From the NCBI GenBank assembly GCA_035913795.1, contig JAMIIA010000094.1:20684-84683 (forward strand): 64,000 nucleotides of DNA, given 5' to 3'. Below, one piece after another: positions 49,615-59,726 of the stretch (the stretch's first letter is position 1; each line of letters starts with the position of its first letter). A program made the translations under genes and the position numbers. Under the pieces are notes generated by a model. It searched no databases. It was not told the DNA's origin and saw only the letters and a list, made by a program, of their open reading frames with translations. This stretch comes from Bacteroidales bacterium (GTDB lineage Bacteria; Bacteroidota; Bacteroidia; Bacteroidales; UBA10428).

Positions 49615-51213
49615 TTAAAGCGCTTTATGTATTTCGAAATAGAATTCTAATTTGTTATTTACAAAGCAATAATTCAACCGACTCCCTTGAAGGAGCATAA
49701 ACTCACGCGCAATAAACAAGCCCAAAACAGGCACACTCGATGCTTTCGAAGCATTGTATAATTCCTGCGGACGGGCATTCAGGCAAAATTCCACATCTTC
49801 TATTTCGGCAGTGAAATTATCGGATTGCAGCACCACAAACCACTTTCCGTCCTGCACACGTGTGTCGAAAATTACCGATGCTTTCTGCATGGTATTTTTA
49901 ATCAGGTATACAGCAATGTTTCGGATGGCAATGCGCACCAAATTACTGTCGGCCATGATTTTCATTGCCGATGGAATCTTATTCTGAAGCGCAACTCTTT
50001 TTACCCCAGCCAGATAGTCGTAATAAGGTTTGGTATCGGAAAAGATGTTTGCCAGGTTGTTGGTCGACATGCGGCAACGAATTTCGTTTTGCTGAAGGTT
50101 ATTCCAATCGGCAAGATTTTCGAGAAATACAAATAAGTTGCGCAACGTGCTATCCATGGCTTTCATCTTAACTGCCATTTCTGCAGCCGTATAATGGTGC
50201 GACTTGTTTCGGAGCATTTCGGAATAACCCAATATGGTACTCAGCGGGGCATGCAGGTCGGTGGTGATGACCGAAATGAGTTTATCCTTCATCAGGTTAA
50301 TTTCTGCCAGCTCGCGCGTTTGCTGTCTGAGTAATTCTTTCGAGCGTATGCGTTGTATTTCTGAGGCTGCCCTGGAGGACAGGATATTGAGCATATAGCG
50401 CGAATTAGGTAATTCTTCCATGCAATCCTGGCTGAGCACTCCAATCACACCAAAAGCCTGCCCACTGATATCGAATACGGGTGCCCCTATAAAACTTTTT
50501 GCCGAAGTTTCCTTCACAAGCGAATCGTGTGGGAATAATACTTCGAGTGATTGCGGATAAAAGGAAGTGTAACCCCGCAGAATATTTTCTACTACCGAAT
50601 CTTTTACGTTAATGTAATAGGTTTTTATACCCTCGCCGTGCCAGTAGAAAATCTTGAGCTGCGAGTCATTATCGGCCACCCGGCGGGCAATAAAAGCTGC
50701 CCTCGCATTAAAGGTGTGGCATAAAAACTTGGTAAGCTCCTTAAAAAACTGCCGCCCTGTAACTTTGGAGGTAACCCTCAGCACTTCGCCTAACCAATCT
50801 TCTTCGCGCAGGTAATTGGCCGATTTGACTATTTTTAAAAGGGCATAATCCGGGTGCGAAAAAGGTAAGATTTTCTGTGTCATCCTGCCCCAAAACACAT
50901 TTTGTTTTCGGGTTTTAAAAGTCAACTCGTGCGAATAGTTCGAATTGTTTGAAAGCTCATCTTTAAGTCGATTAATGCCCAGATTCAAGGGCTCATGATT
51001 GTAGAGTCTGTTGATTGCCAAATTATTCAGTTCGTTCTTCGATTCAGCCTCAAATAATTTAAGGGCTGCCTGGTTGCAATCGGCAATCGTTAACTTATCA
51101 AGATTGATAATGAAAATGGCTTCATCGGAAATTTCAATAATTCCCTTAAACAGCAATTCTTCCTCGCTTAAACGAGTAAGCAGGTCGAGGCGTGTGGTTT
51201 GACTTTGTGGCAT
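49615..51213 (-). CDS. PAS-GAF protein with a degenerate histidine-kinase core (likely pseudokinase)
   Basis: 532 aa. N-terminal PAS-like region, then GAF-like (FIGAPVFD...GVIGVLS). The DHp/CA region is homologous to the kinase at 40532, but the H-box reads SVITTDLHAPL, the N-box RNIAVYLIKNT, G1 SDNFTA and G2 VPVLGL. Confidence 0.7.
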   Translation of the reverse strand: MPQSQTTRLDLLTRLSEEELLFKGIIEISDEAIFIINLDKLTIADCNQAALKLFEAESKNELNNLAINRLYNHEPLNLGINRLKDELSNNSNYSHELTFKTRKQNVFWGRMTQKILPFSHPDYALLKIVKSANYLREEDWLGEVLRVTSKVTGRQFFKELTKFLCHTFNARAAFIARRVADNDSQLKIFYWHGEGIKTYYINVKDSVVENILRGYTSFYPQSLEVLFPHDSLVKETSAKSFIGAPVFDISGQAFGVIGVLSQDCMEELPNSRYMLNILSSRAASEIQRIRSKELLRQQTRELAEINLMKDKLISVITTDLHAPLSTILGYSEMLRNKSHHYTAAEMAVKMKAMDSTLRNLFVFLENLADWNNLQQNEIRCRMSTNNLANIFSDTKPYYDYLAGVKRVALQNKIPSAMKIMADSNLVRIAIRNIAVYLIKNTMQKASVIFDTRVQDGKWFVVLQSDNFTAEIEDVEFCLNARPQELYNASKASSVPVLGLFIAREFMLLQGSRLNYCFVNNKLEFYFEIHKAL

Positions 51214-51407
51214 GTGGCTGACTGGTTAGATAGTGGTAGTTACGTGGTTGGTTTTTAAAATGTTATAGTAAGAGGTATATAAATTACTTTTTTTACTGTA
51301 ATTTAACGAAAGTGTCTGCCGATTTGGTATTTTTAAGGATATATTTCTCAACACAATTTTAGTTTTCTAACCTAATTTGTTCAATAAAAAATAACAAGCC
51401 TACCGTC

Positions 51408-54188
51408 ATGAAAAAGATTTTAAAATTCCTACTTTACTTCGTGCTTTTTATCCTGTTGGTTATGCTGGTTACACCGGTGTTGTTTAAGGGTAAAATAATT
51501 AAAATTGCCAACGAACAGATAAATGCAAACATCAATGCAAAAGGCTCATTCAGTGACATTAAGCTCTCATTTTTCAAGCAATTTCCATACCTGAGCGCCA
51601 GCATCAAAGATTTATGCGTTGTAGGCATCGAACCTTTTGAAGGCGACACCCTTATCTATATCGAATCTTTCGACATGGCTGTGCATGTTATCAGCGCTCT
51701 AAAAATGGAAAACATCGAGGTAAAAAAGATAGCCATTAACCAGGCTTTTCTACAAGCATTGGTACTTGAGAATGGCCAGGCTAACTGGGATATCGCCAAA
51801 GAGACGCCCGAAGAACCTGAGGTTGTCGACACCAGTGCATCCGAATTTGATGCAAATATTTCGCTAAAGAGTTTTCAGATTCACCATGCTAAGATTATTT
51901 ACAACGATGATGAAGCAAAGATGATGGCCTCGCTGGAGGATTTCAATTTTAGTCTGAAAGGCGATTTTTCGCAACAGTTCTCCACGCTTCTTATTCAATC
52001 GAAAACCGACAAACTCAACTTCGCTATGGACGGCATCCGGTATCTGCGCGATGTAGCCCTGAACGTGGACATGAATGTGGATGCCAACCTCACCGAAAAC
52101 ATCTATGTGCTGCAACAAAATAGTTTTGCACTCAACGAATTTGTGCTTACCCTCGACGGAAGAGTAGAAATACCCGACAGCAGCGACATGCTTATCGACA
52201 TGACATATGCCACCAGCAACACCGACTTTAAAACGCTTCTTTCGCTCGTTCCTGCTATTTATATGCGCGACTATGCCGACCTTCAAACTAGTGGTAAACT
52301 TGCCCTCAATGGAAGCATTAATGGAATTCTCGGCGAGGAGGTTACTCCCGATGTAAAAGGTAAGCTTACCGTGCAGAATGCCATGTTCCGCTACCCAGAT
52401 CTGCCTAAAACAGCCGATAACATCAACATCGATGTTGACTATTTCTACGATGGCCGGCAAATGGACAATACCACTGTCGATGTTAACCGTTTTCATATCG
52501 AATTTGGAGGCAATCCGGTTGATATGACCCTCAACCTTCGCACACCCATCAGCGACCCCTTTATCAATGCCCGTATGATTGCCAAACTAGACCTGGAATC
52601 ATTCTCCGATCTGATACCCCTGGAAGATACCGAGCTGAAAGGAAAAGTCGATATCGATCTGGACCTTATGGGAAATATATCTTTGCTGGAACAGGAAAAA
52701 TACGAAGACTTTAAGGCACAAGGCAAGTTGCTCATCAGCGGGTTTAAATATAATTCGCCCGACCTGCCAAAGGCTTTTGGCATCGAGACAGCCAACCTCG
52801 AGTTCTCGCCCCAGTACATGGCTTTAAATAGTTTTAACGCTACCATGGGCAAAAGCGATTTTGCCCTCGAAGGAAAGGTTAGTAATTACCTGCCCTACGC
52901 ACTCAATGATGGTATTATCAATGGTAGCCTTACCCTAAAATCCAACACACTCGACTTAAACGAGCTGATGGGAACCGAAACCACAGAAGAAAGCACAGAA
53001 GTAGAAGATACGGCAGCTACAGAGATTTTCGTAGTGCCAACCAACATCAACTTTGCTTTTGCATCGGAAATAAACAAGATTTATTACGATAAGCTTGAAA
53101 TCGATCAGCTTGTAGGGAACATCTACATTCGCGATGGAAAAGTGGTGATGGAAAAGCTCCAGATGAATACCCTTGGTGGTTCGCTTGCATTAAGCGGCGA
53201 ATACAACACCCAGGATATAGCCAATCCACTTTTCGATTTTAAATTCCAGGCAAAACAGATCGACATTCCAAAAACCTTTGCTGCTTTCGATTTTATTGGA
53301 GTTATTGCCCCTATTGCCTCAAAAGCTACCGGTAATATATCGGTAGATATGGAAATGAGTAGTTTCCTCGATAATACCATGAAACCGGTAATGAATTCCA
53401 TCATAGCCACCGGCAAACTCGGATCAAATAAAATAGGTATTAAAAGTTCCGATGCGTTTAGTGCCATTGGCAAACAACTTAATTCCGATGCATTTAACAA
53501 CATGGAGTTAACCGACTTGTTATTTGATTTCGAAATAAGAGGAGGAAAATTGTTTGTCAGTCCCTTCGAAACCAAGCTGGGAAACACCAAATTAATTATC
53601 GCCGGCGAACAAGGCATTGACAAAACAATCAACTATGGCATTAGCATGGCTATTCCAAGGTCATTACTTGGCACCAGCAATACAATGGTAAGTAATCTGG
53701 CTGCAGATAAGGGCATTAACCTGGCTAAATCTGACGAAGTAAATCTGGTGGCACGCCTTACAGGAGACATGGCGAAGCCCAATGTTAAAATTGATATGAA
53801 AGAAATGCTTGGTGGTTCGAAAGAGGCTTTAAAAGAAAATTTAAAAGCAGCTGCCAACAAAGAGCTTGAAACCAAAAAAGATGAAGCAAAAGCACAGGCT
53901 AAAGCAGAAGCCGATAAGATCATGAAACAAGCAGAGGCCCAGGCTTCTACTATTCGGAGCGAAGCGAAAAAAGCTGCCGATGCAGTGAGGGCAGAATCCA
54001 ATGCCAACGCCGATAATCTTGTGAAGCAAGCCACTAACCCAATTGCAAAAAAAGCAGCTGAGGCATCGGCAACGAAAATAAAGTCGGAAGGAGAAAAACG
54101 TGCCAAACAGATTGAATCGGAAGCCGACACAAAGGCTCAAAAAGTGCTCGACGAGGCCCAGGCAAAATCAGATCAATTGCTGAAATAA
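51408..54188 (+). CDS. AsmA-family envelope protein with a Lys/Ala/Glu-rich C-terminal tail
   Basis: 926 aa. N-terminal anchor LLYFVLFILLVMLV, a long beta-rich body typical of AsmA/TamB-like proteins, and about 110 C-terminal residues of low-complexity amphipathic sequence. Confidence 0.72.
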   Translation: MKKILKFLLYFVLFILLVMLVTPVLFKGKIIKIANEQINANINAKGSFSDIKLSFFKQFPYLSASIKDLCVVGIEPFEGDTLIYIESFDMAVHVISALKMENIEVKKIAINQAFLQALVLENGQANWDIAKETPEEPEVVDTSASEFDANISLKSFQIHHAKIIYNDDEAKMMASLEDFNFSLKGDFSQQFSTLLIQSKTDKLNFAMDGIRYLRDVALNVDMNVDANLTENIYVLQQNSFALNEFVLTLDGRVEIPDSSDMLIDMTYATSNTDFKTLLSLVPAIYMRDYADLQTSGKLALNGSINGILGEEVTPDVKGKLTVQNAMFRYPDLPKTADNINIDVDYFYDGRQMDNTTVDVNRFHIEFGGNPVDMTLNLRTPISDPFINARMIAKLDLESFSDLIPLEDTELKGKVDIDLDLMGNISLLEQEKYEDFKAQGKLLISGFKYNSPDLPKAFGIETANLEFSPQYMALNSFNATMGKSDFALEGKVSNYLPYALNDGIINGSLTLKSNTLDLNELMGTETTEESTEVEDTAATEIFVVPTNINFAFASEINKIYYDKLEIDQLVGNIYIRDGKVVMEKLQMNTLGGSLALSGEYNTQDIANPLFDFKFQAKQIDIPKTFAAFDFIGVIAPIASKATGNISVDMEMSSFLDNTMKPVMNSIIATGKLGSNKIGIKSSDAFSAIGKQLNSDAFNNMELTDLLFDFEIRGGKLFVSPFETKLGNTKLIIAGEQGIDKTINYGISMAIPRSLLGTSNTMVSNLAADKGINLAKSDEVNLVARLTGDMAKPNVKIDMKEMLGGSKEALKENLKAAANKELETKKDEAKAQAKAEADKIMKQAEAQASTIRSEAKKAADAVRAESNANADNLVKQATNPIAKKAAEASATKIKSEGEKRAKQIESEADTKAQKVLDEAQAKSDQLLK

Positions 54189-54235
54189 GCCGCCGATAAA
54201 AAATTCGTAAGGAGACTATCCTTATGTCGTGCAAC

Positions 54236-54269
54236 AAAAAAAGCCGTTCGGCGTCCGAACGGCTTTTTC
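54236..54269. terminator. Bidirectional intrinsic terminator (asmA / rplS)
   Basis: A7 tract, 9-bp stem GCCGTTCGG (54243-54251) / CCGAACGGC (54255-54263), 3-nt loop, then T5. Confidence 0.85.
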
Positions 54270-54286
54270 TATGTTGCGAAAATAGA

Positions 54287-54646
54287 TTAAGCTTTTTTAA
54301 CCACTTTGCGTTCCTGAATACGGGCTTTTTTACCTGTAAGTTCGCGGAAATAGAATATTCTTGCCCTGCGAACACGTCCATGCTTGTTCACTTCAATTTT
54401 GTCGATAAAAGGAGAGGCAAGAGGAAAAATACGCTCTACACCAATGTTGCCTGACATCTTCCGAACGGTAAACGTTTCTTTTATGCCGCTGCCTTTACGT
54501 TGAATGACAACGCCACGGTATTGCTGCACACGTTCTTTATTACCTTCTTTGATTTTGTAATGAACAGTTATAGTATCGCCGGCTGCAAAATCCGGAATCT
54601 CTTTTTCAACAGTAAAATGACTCTCAGCTACTTTAAGTAAATCCAT
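54287..54646 (-). CDS. rplS: 50S ribosomal protein L19
   Basis: 119 aa. [36 protein letters not shown] is the classic L19 core. Confidence 0.95.
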   Translation of the reverse strand: MDLLKVAESHFTVEKEIPDFAAGDTITVHYKIKEGNKERVQQYRGVVIQRKGSGIKETFTVRKMSGNIGVERIFPLASPFIDKIEVNKHGRVRRARIFYFRELTGKKARIQERKVVKKA

Positions 54647-54770
54647 CTCAATAGATATTTATTGGTTATACCCCGATTTTTCAGGTCGCAATATTAGTAA
54701 ATTATTTTCAATAATATACTGCTGCGAAGCTTAAAACTTTTGTTTTTTTTATTTTCAGGGTTCAAGTGAT

Positions 54771-56405
54771 TTAATGTCCGCTGCCATCGGGCATTTTCAA
54801 ACGATCGCCGGTATCTTCTACTACTTTCTTGTACCAGGCTTCGCTGTATCCGGGTTGTTCCAGTTTTGGGGTAACATATTTAAATCCTTCCGGAACAGGC
54901 ACCTCACTCTTTACATTGCCATCCATAAAGCGCACAAACAAGAACTGGTAAAGCGATTTCCACTCATTAAAGGTTTGGCTACCCGCTTCGAGCGTGAAAT
55001 CTGTAAGCATTTGGTCTTGTTCGCTCTTCTTTTTTGTTGCCAGATAGCGGGCATCCATCACTTTCACACTCTCGACAAAGCTTTGTTCAAGATTTGATTG
55101 TTTATCTTGTATAAAGGGTAGCATTAGGTTGTAGCGTGTATAAGCCAGATTCGATACCTGATTAAAGATCCAAAAAGCCGATTCGTCGCTGAACTTCATC
55201 ATAGAGCCATTTCCAACTGAAAATGCATGAGGTACCTGATTGGTGCCGCAGTAAACAGGAGTGTAAACCGTGCTGTAAGTGTCGTCAACACCAAACCATA
55301 AAATGCCACCTACTGGGCTGGGCAACCAACTGCGCATTTGTGCCACAAAAGAAAATCCGGTTTGTTGGGTTGAAATAGCTCTTTCGTTGAAATAGGTTTT
55401 ACCTTCAACTTTCCATGTAAGTGGGCGCCAGCGTACGATGCAGGCATTGGCTCCGGCACCGATATCCTGCGTCATGTCCATGGGTGTTCCCTCGTAATAG
55501 TCGCGCATCATGCCCATCACATCATTCACAGTTAGTTTATTATCTGGTTTTACCCAAAGCGGCATGCGGTTGTGTAAGTTATGCCCCATGGCATAATCTT
55601 CATAAGCTTTCATACCTGAACTAACTTTGTTAAACCCCGCATAAACTCGAGCATCGCAAAAACGTGCACCACCAAAATCAACCGGAGCATAGGCATCGGA
55701 AAAACTAAACAAACTATCCGGTCCCTGATAATAACCTTTTTCAATGGCAAAACTTATTACATCGCTTGAATACAAACAGTTTTCAGGGTCATTAAGTGGA
55801 AAATGGGTAATACGTGCCTGATTGGCATGACCGCTGATGTACCCATCAGGAATGCGCTGTGCTACCCATACTGCTCCTTTGTTGCCCACACCCTTTCCTA
55901 TCATCTCCATAATCCACACTTCGTTGGGGTCGGCGATGGAGAAAGACTCTCCGCTGCTGTAATAACCATAGGTAGAAAGCAATTCTCCAATAAGCTGAAT
56001 GGCTTCACGTGCTGTTTTGGCACGCTGAAGGGTAATATACATCAGACTACCATAGTCAATGATTGCGGTAGAATCAACCAGTTCAGGCCTGCCACCATAA
56101 GTAGTTTCACCAATGGAAAGCTGGTGCTCATTGATGTTGCCTACTACCTTGTATGTTTGTGGCGCCTGTTTAATTTTTCCTAAATATTTTCCGGTATCCC
56201 ATTCGTATATTTCGAGCGAATCGGTGGCACCGTATTTGGCCGCTGGATAAAAATACAATTCGCCAAACAGCACATGCGAGTCGGCGGCATAGGTTATCAT
56301 GGTCGATCCGTCGGCAGAAGCTCCTTTGGTTACCAAAAAATTAGTACATGCCTTAGCTGATGCATAACCAGCAAACAACAAGGCAATTATCATCATTCTT
56401 TTCAT
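54771..56405 (-). CDS. C69-family dipeptidase (secreted)
   Basis: ATG at 56405 gives MKRMMIIALLFAGYASAKAC with the mature N-terminal catalytic Cys (CTNFLVTKGASADGSTMITY). The track start 56432 adds 9 unlikely residues. Confidence 0.8.
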   Translation of the reverse strand: MKRMMIIALLFAGYASAKACTNFLVTKGASADGSTMITYAADSHVLFGELYFYPAAKYGATDSLEIYEWDTGKYLGKIKQAPQTYKVVGNINEHQLSIGETTYGGRPELVDSTAIIDYGSLMYITLQRAKTAREAIQLIGELLSTYGYYSSGESFSIADPNEVWIMEMIGKGVGNKGAVWVAQRIPDGYISGHANQARITHFPLNDPENCLYSSDVISFAIEKGYYQGPDSLFSFSDAYAPVDFGGARFCDARVYAGFNKVSSGMKAYEDYAMGHNLHNRMPLWVKPDNKLTVNDVMGMMRDYYEGTPMDMTQDIGAGANACIVRWRPLTWKVEGKTYFNERAISTQQTGFSFVAQMRSWLPSPVGGILWFGVDDTYSTVYTPVYCGTNQVPHAFSVGNGSMMKFSDESAFWIFNQVSNLAYTRYNLMLPFIQDKQSNLEQSFVESVKVMDARYLATKKKSEQDQMLTDFTLEAGSQTFNEWKSLYQFLFVRFMDGNVKSEVPVPEGFKYVTPKLEQPGYSEAWYKKVVEDTGDRLKMPDGSGH

Positions 56406-56521
56406 ATTATAGCAGTTTAAATTAAATCTCAATAGGACAAAAAAAAACTATTTGCCTTGCAAAAATGCTAATAATCGTCATATAAAGAAAAGCAAATGCT
56501 TCAATTCTTACTTGTTTTTAC

Positions 56522-57592
56522 TCACGGAAAATAAACAGCCCCTGATACTGAATTGCCCTTTGCACCTGTTACACTGGCCAAAGTATTTGCCTGCCCTTCG
56601 AGGCGCAGGAGACCCAGGAAAGCAAAAATCACCGCTTCCTTCATTTCAATGAGGATATTTGTTGGAATTACCATTTCTTTATGGCAAAGGAGTTTGACCT
56701 GCTCAAGCAAAAAAACATTGTATGCACCCCCTCCGGTTACAAGCACGGTTTTTCCCGGACTTTCATTGAGGGTATGTGAAATCTGTTGCGCAGCATGTAC
56801 CGTAAATGTCCGAAGCAGGTCTATTGCAGGCTGGGTTCCTGCCAATAAAGGAAAGATGTTGGTGTTAACCCATTCCAGCCCGAGTGATTTGGGGTATTTT
56901 GCTTTATAATACTCCAAACTGTTCAGCTTTTCCATCAATTCTGGTATTATTTTCCCAGATTGAGCAAGGGTTCCATCCGGATCGTAAGCATGACCTAACG
57001 AATTGGCCAGCTTGTTCAGCACAATATTAACCGGGCAGATGTCGAATGCAATTCTTGCCCCATCAGACCGATCATACGATACATTGGCAAAGCCACCAAG
57101 ATTCAGACAGGCGTTGTATTCGTTAAAAAGCAGTTTATCGCCAACAGGTACCAGCGGTGCACCCTGCCCTCCTTTGGCTATGTCGGTTGAGCGGAAATCG
57201 CAAACCACAATTTTGTTGGTAGCTACTGCAATCTCAGCTCCACTGCCAATCTGTAGAGTATATCCCTTTTCGGGGGCATGAAAAATTGTATGACCATGAG
57301 ATGAAATAAAATCGACTTCTGCTCCTGTCTCTTGCAGAAACTGTTTGGCCGCCTGCCCCATATACCTGCCAAAAGACGCATGAAGGGCTGCCAGAGTATT
57401 TGCATCCTGACTAAAAACCAACTTAAGATCCTTTTTTAGCCCAACAGGATAATCAATGGTTTTAGATACAATGGTTTCGTATTTCCAGCCTTTCGATTTT
57501 CTTTCGAAATGGCATACAACAAGATCCAACCCATCGAGGCTGGTGCCCGACATCATGCCAAGAGCGCGGTAAACATGTTTTTTTGTGAACAT
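56522..57592 (-). CDS. anmK: Anhydro-N-acetylmuramic acid kinase
   Basis: 356 aa. ALGMMSGTSLDGLD N-terminal motif and NLGGFANV/TGGGAYN sugar-kinase motifs. Confidence 0.85.
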   Translation of the reverse strand: MFTKKHVYRALGMMSGTSLDGLDLVVCHFERKSKGWKYETIVSKTIDYPVGLKKDLKLVFSQDANTLAALHASFGRYMGQAAKQFLQETGAEVDFISSHGHTIFHAPEKGYTLQIGSGAEIAVATNKIVVCDFRSTDIAKGGQGAPLVPVGDKLLFNEYNACLNLGGFANVSYDRSDGARIAFDICPVNIVLNKLANSLGHAYDPDGTLAQSGKIIPELMEKLNSLEYYKAKYPKSLGLEWVNTNIFPLLAGTQPAIDLLRTFTVHAAQQISHTLNESPGKTVLVTGGGAYNVFLLEQVKLLCHKEMVIPTNILIEMKEAVIFAFLGLLRLEGQANTLASVTGAKGNSVSGAVYFP

Positions 57593-57595
57593 AAA

Positions 57596-59308
57596 TTAAA
57601 AATAAAAAGATGCTGAATATTTCGCCAGATTATTACGCTCGTCGAGTACATAAATTTCGAGCTTATGTAATCCACTTAAACTTAATATTCTATTCTTATC
57701 GAGCTTGCAGCTAAAAGTACCTGTTTTGGCATCGAAGCGAAATAAAACCCAATTCCCATCGACATAGGCATTGTAGGTTTTAATTCCAGACAGCTCGTCG
57801 GATATTTTAAAAGACAGGATATCGCCAGCCTTGTAGTTGCCACCATTGGTGAATGAAAGAGGGATAATCTCTGGTGCCAGGGTATCGCATACCACAATGT
57901 ATTTGCCAAACTTATCAATCGAGGCTATCACACTTCCTGACAGATACCTCCCTCCTGCAGTTTCCAATTCTCCTTTCTCGTTAATTTGTGCCAGCAGAAG
58001 TTTTTCGGGCAGCAAAGCCATGAGAGGCCTGGTAACAACAATCGACAATTCAGCTTGCCTGTTAAGTGGTACCAGTTCATCGCCTACCACAACAATATCG
58101 GAATAGGAGAGATCGGGGTATGGAATGCTAACAAAAGATACCCATTTGTCAGAAAAAAGACTGCTCGAAGGAAACTTGATTGAGAAATACTTGTCTTTAT
58201 AGGTCTTTTCCTGCTTGCAAGGAACATACACATTACCTGTATCGGAAGGTGTATTTGGTATATTCTCAGTCAGCATCAGAGAAAAGTTAAGTTCCGATTT
58301 GTTTTGAAACACATCGGTAACACGCACCTTAGCCTTGTAAGTCCTGCCTTTACTAAGCTTTACAATTCCGCCATCTCGAATTGTATTGTAAATAGAAAGT
58401 TGGTTATTGGGTTCGGCGAATAATCGGTGTACATATCGGTCGTTCAACATTTTTTCGGCGTAATCGAGGTGCGATTTAACATAACGGGACTCATCAAAAC
58501 TGATCTTGTCGACGGTAAAGGAATATATTAAGGTGTCATCAAGCAGGAATTCAAGTTCGTAAATGCCACATTTATTGGACGAACCATTCAGATAATCATA
58601 GACTTCTACCCCAAATGCCGAAGGGTTTCCGATTTTGATAGTACCGGAAGTAAAATAAGCTCCATTCGATCCGGTAACCGAATACATTCTTTTGTCGGCA
58701 GGAATATAGGTGAGTGTATCCAACTGGCTGTATACGGCCAAACGCAGAAACACAGGAGAGATCGAATCCTTTACAGGTAGGTTGAATTTTAATCCATTCA
58801 TAGGCACCTGCCTTGAATCGCGTAGTTCAAAATGCAGATGGGGCCCTCCTGAACGACCTGTATTTCCGGACAAACCAATTTTCTGACCTTGTTTCACAAC
58901 AAAAAGGTTTTCGGAAAGAGTCAGATCAATTTCGTATGATTTTCGACGGTATTGTTCGTTTTGCAAATACGATTCCAGTTCAGGATAAAACTCTTCCATG
59001 TGAGCATACACAGACGTATACCCGTTGGAGTGGGTTATATACACTGCATGACCATAACCCCCGGATTGTACTTTCAGTCGCGAGACATAGCCCGATTGCA
59101 CAGCATAGACAGGTTTACCAATGCTGCCATTTGTTTTAATATCGATTCCTGCATGAAAATGTGTGCTCCTTAATTCGCCATAGTTACCAGATAAAAACAA
59201 GGGCGGGTCGAGTGGTGGCACCATTTGAAAGGGCTGAGAAAAAACAGGTGAAACGATAAGTAAAGAGAATACCAGAAATACAAAATTAAACTGAAAAGAA
59301 ATACCCAT
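57596..59308 (-). CDS. M23-family metallopeptidase with large C-terminal beta-rich extension
   Basis: 570 aa with a signal peptide. HFHAGIDI and GPHLHFE zinc-site motifs. Its stop lies 3 nt from the anmK start. Confidence 0.8.
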   Translation of the reverse strand: MGISFQFNFVFLVFSLLIVSPVFSQPFQMVPPLDPPLFLSGNYGELRSTHFHAGIDIKTNGSIGKPVYAVQSGYVSRLKVQSGGYGHAVYITHSNGYTSVYAHMEEFYPELESYLQNEQYRRKSYEIDLTLSENLFVVKQGQKIGLSGNTGRSGGPHLHFELRDSRQVPMNGLKFNLPVKDSISPVFLRLAVYSQLDTLTYIPADKRMYSVTGSNGAYFTSGTIKIGNPSAFGVEVYDYLNGSSNKCGIYELEFLLDDTLIYSFTVDKISFDESRYVKSHLDYAEKMLNDRYVHRLFAEPNNQLSIYNTIRDGGIVKLSKGRTYKAKVRVTDVFQNKSELNFSLMLTENIPNTPSDTGNVYVPCKQEKTYKDKYFSIKFPSSSLFSDKWVSFVSIPYPDLSYSDIVVVGDELVPLNRQAELSIVVTRPLMALLPEKLLLAQINEKGELETAGGRYLSGSVIASIDKFGKYIVVCDTLAPEIIPLSFTNGGNYKAGDILSFKISDELSGIKTYNAYVDGNWVLFRFDAKTGTFSCKLDKNRILSLSGLHKLEIYVLDERNNLAKYSASFYF

Positions 59309-59382
59309 AACTTATAGATTAAATGCCGTGTTAAAAACAGATTATTAATTAACATGAGGTAAAAATAACTTAAAGATTTTTT

Positions 59383-59390
59383 TATATTTG
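59383..59390 (+). promoter_or_regulatory. -7 box TATATTTG upstream of the coiled-coil gene / zapA
   Basis: Exact match 37 nt upstream of ATG 59427. It overlaps the track TTG start (59388), which it therefore argues against. Confidence 0.4.
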
Positions 59391-59426
59391 TGTAAGCATT
59401 GTGTAATTTTACAACAAGATTATTTC

Positions 59427-59720
59427 ATGGAACAGAGTAATGACCAACTTATTCTTTTACTGCGCGATAGAATAAAAAAAGTCATTCAGTTGCATGAGAA
59501 AGAAAAAGAAAAAAACAGCATTCTGGAGACAGAAAAGAAAAAGCTGGAACGAAATATTGCAAATTTACAACTTGAAAAAGAAGACCTTGAAATAAAATTT
59601 AACAATTTAAAGTTAGCGAAACAACTGGAAGTATCGTTTGAAAACACACACGATGCAAAGTTGAAAGTGAACAGAATTGTGCGGGAGATTGATAAATGTA
59701 TTGCTCTTTTAAATAAGTAG
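59427..59720 (+). CDS. Small coiled-coil protein upstream of zapA (ZapB-like in architecture only)
   Basis: 97 aa from ATG 59427. Heptad-rich sequence KEKEKNSILETEKKKLERNIANLQLEKEDLEIKFNNLKL. The stop lies 6 nt from the zapA start. Confidence 0.5.
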   Translation: MEQSNDQLILLLRDRIKKVIQLHEKEKEKNSILETEKKKLERNIANLQLEKEDLEIKFNNLKLAKQLEVSFENTHDAKLKVNRIVREIDKCIALLNK

Positions 59721-59726
59721 CTGTGA

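Noticed and set aside
51864-54381. Several 100-210-aa minus-strand ORFs inside asmA (51864..52496, 52493..52852, 53123..53632, 53633..54130, 53841..54140, 54034..54381).
   Set aside because: All are antisense to, or overlap, a continuous 926-codon AsmA frame. Those at the 3' end are by-products of the Ala/Lys/Glu-rich repeat (GCN/AAR codons read backwards). None has a motif or promoter.
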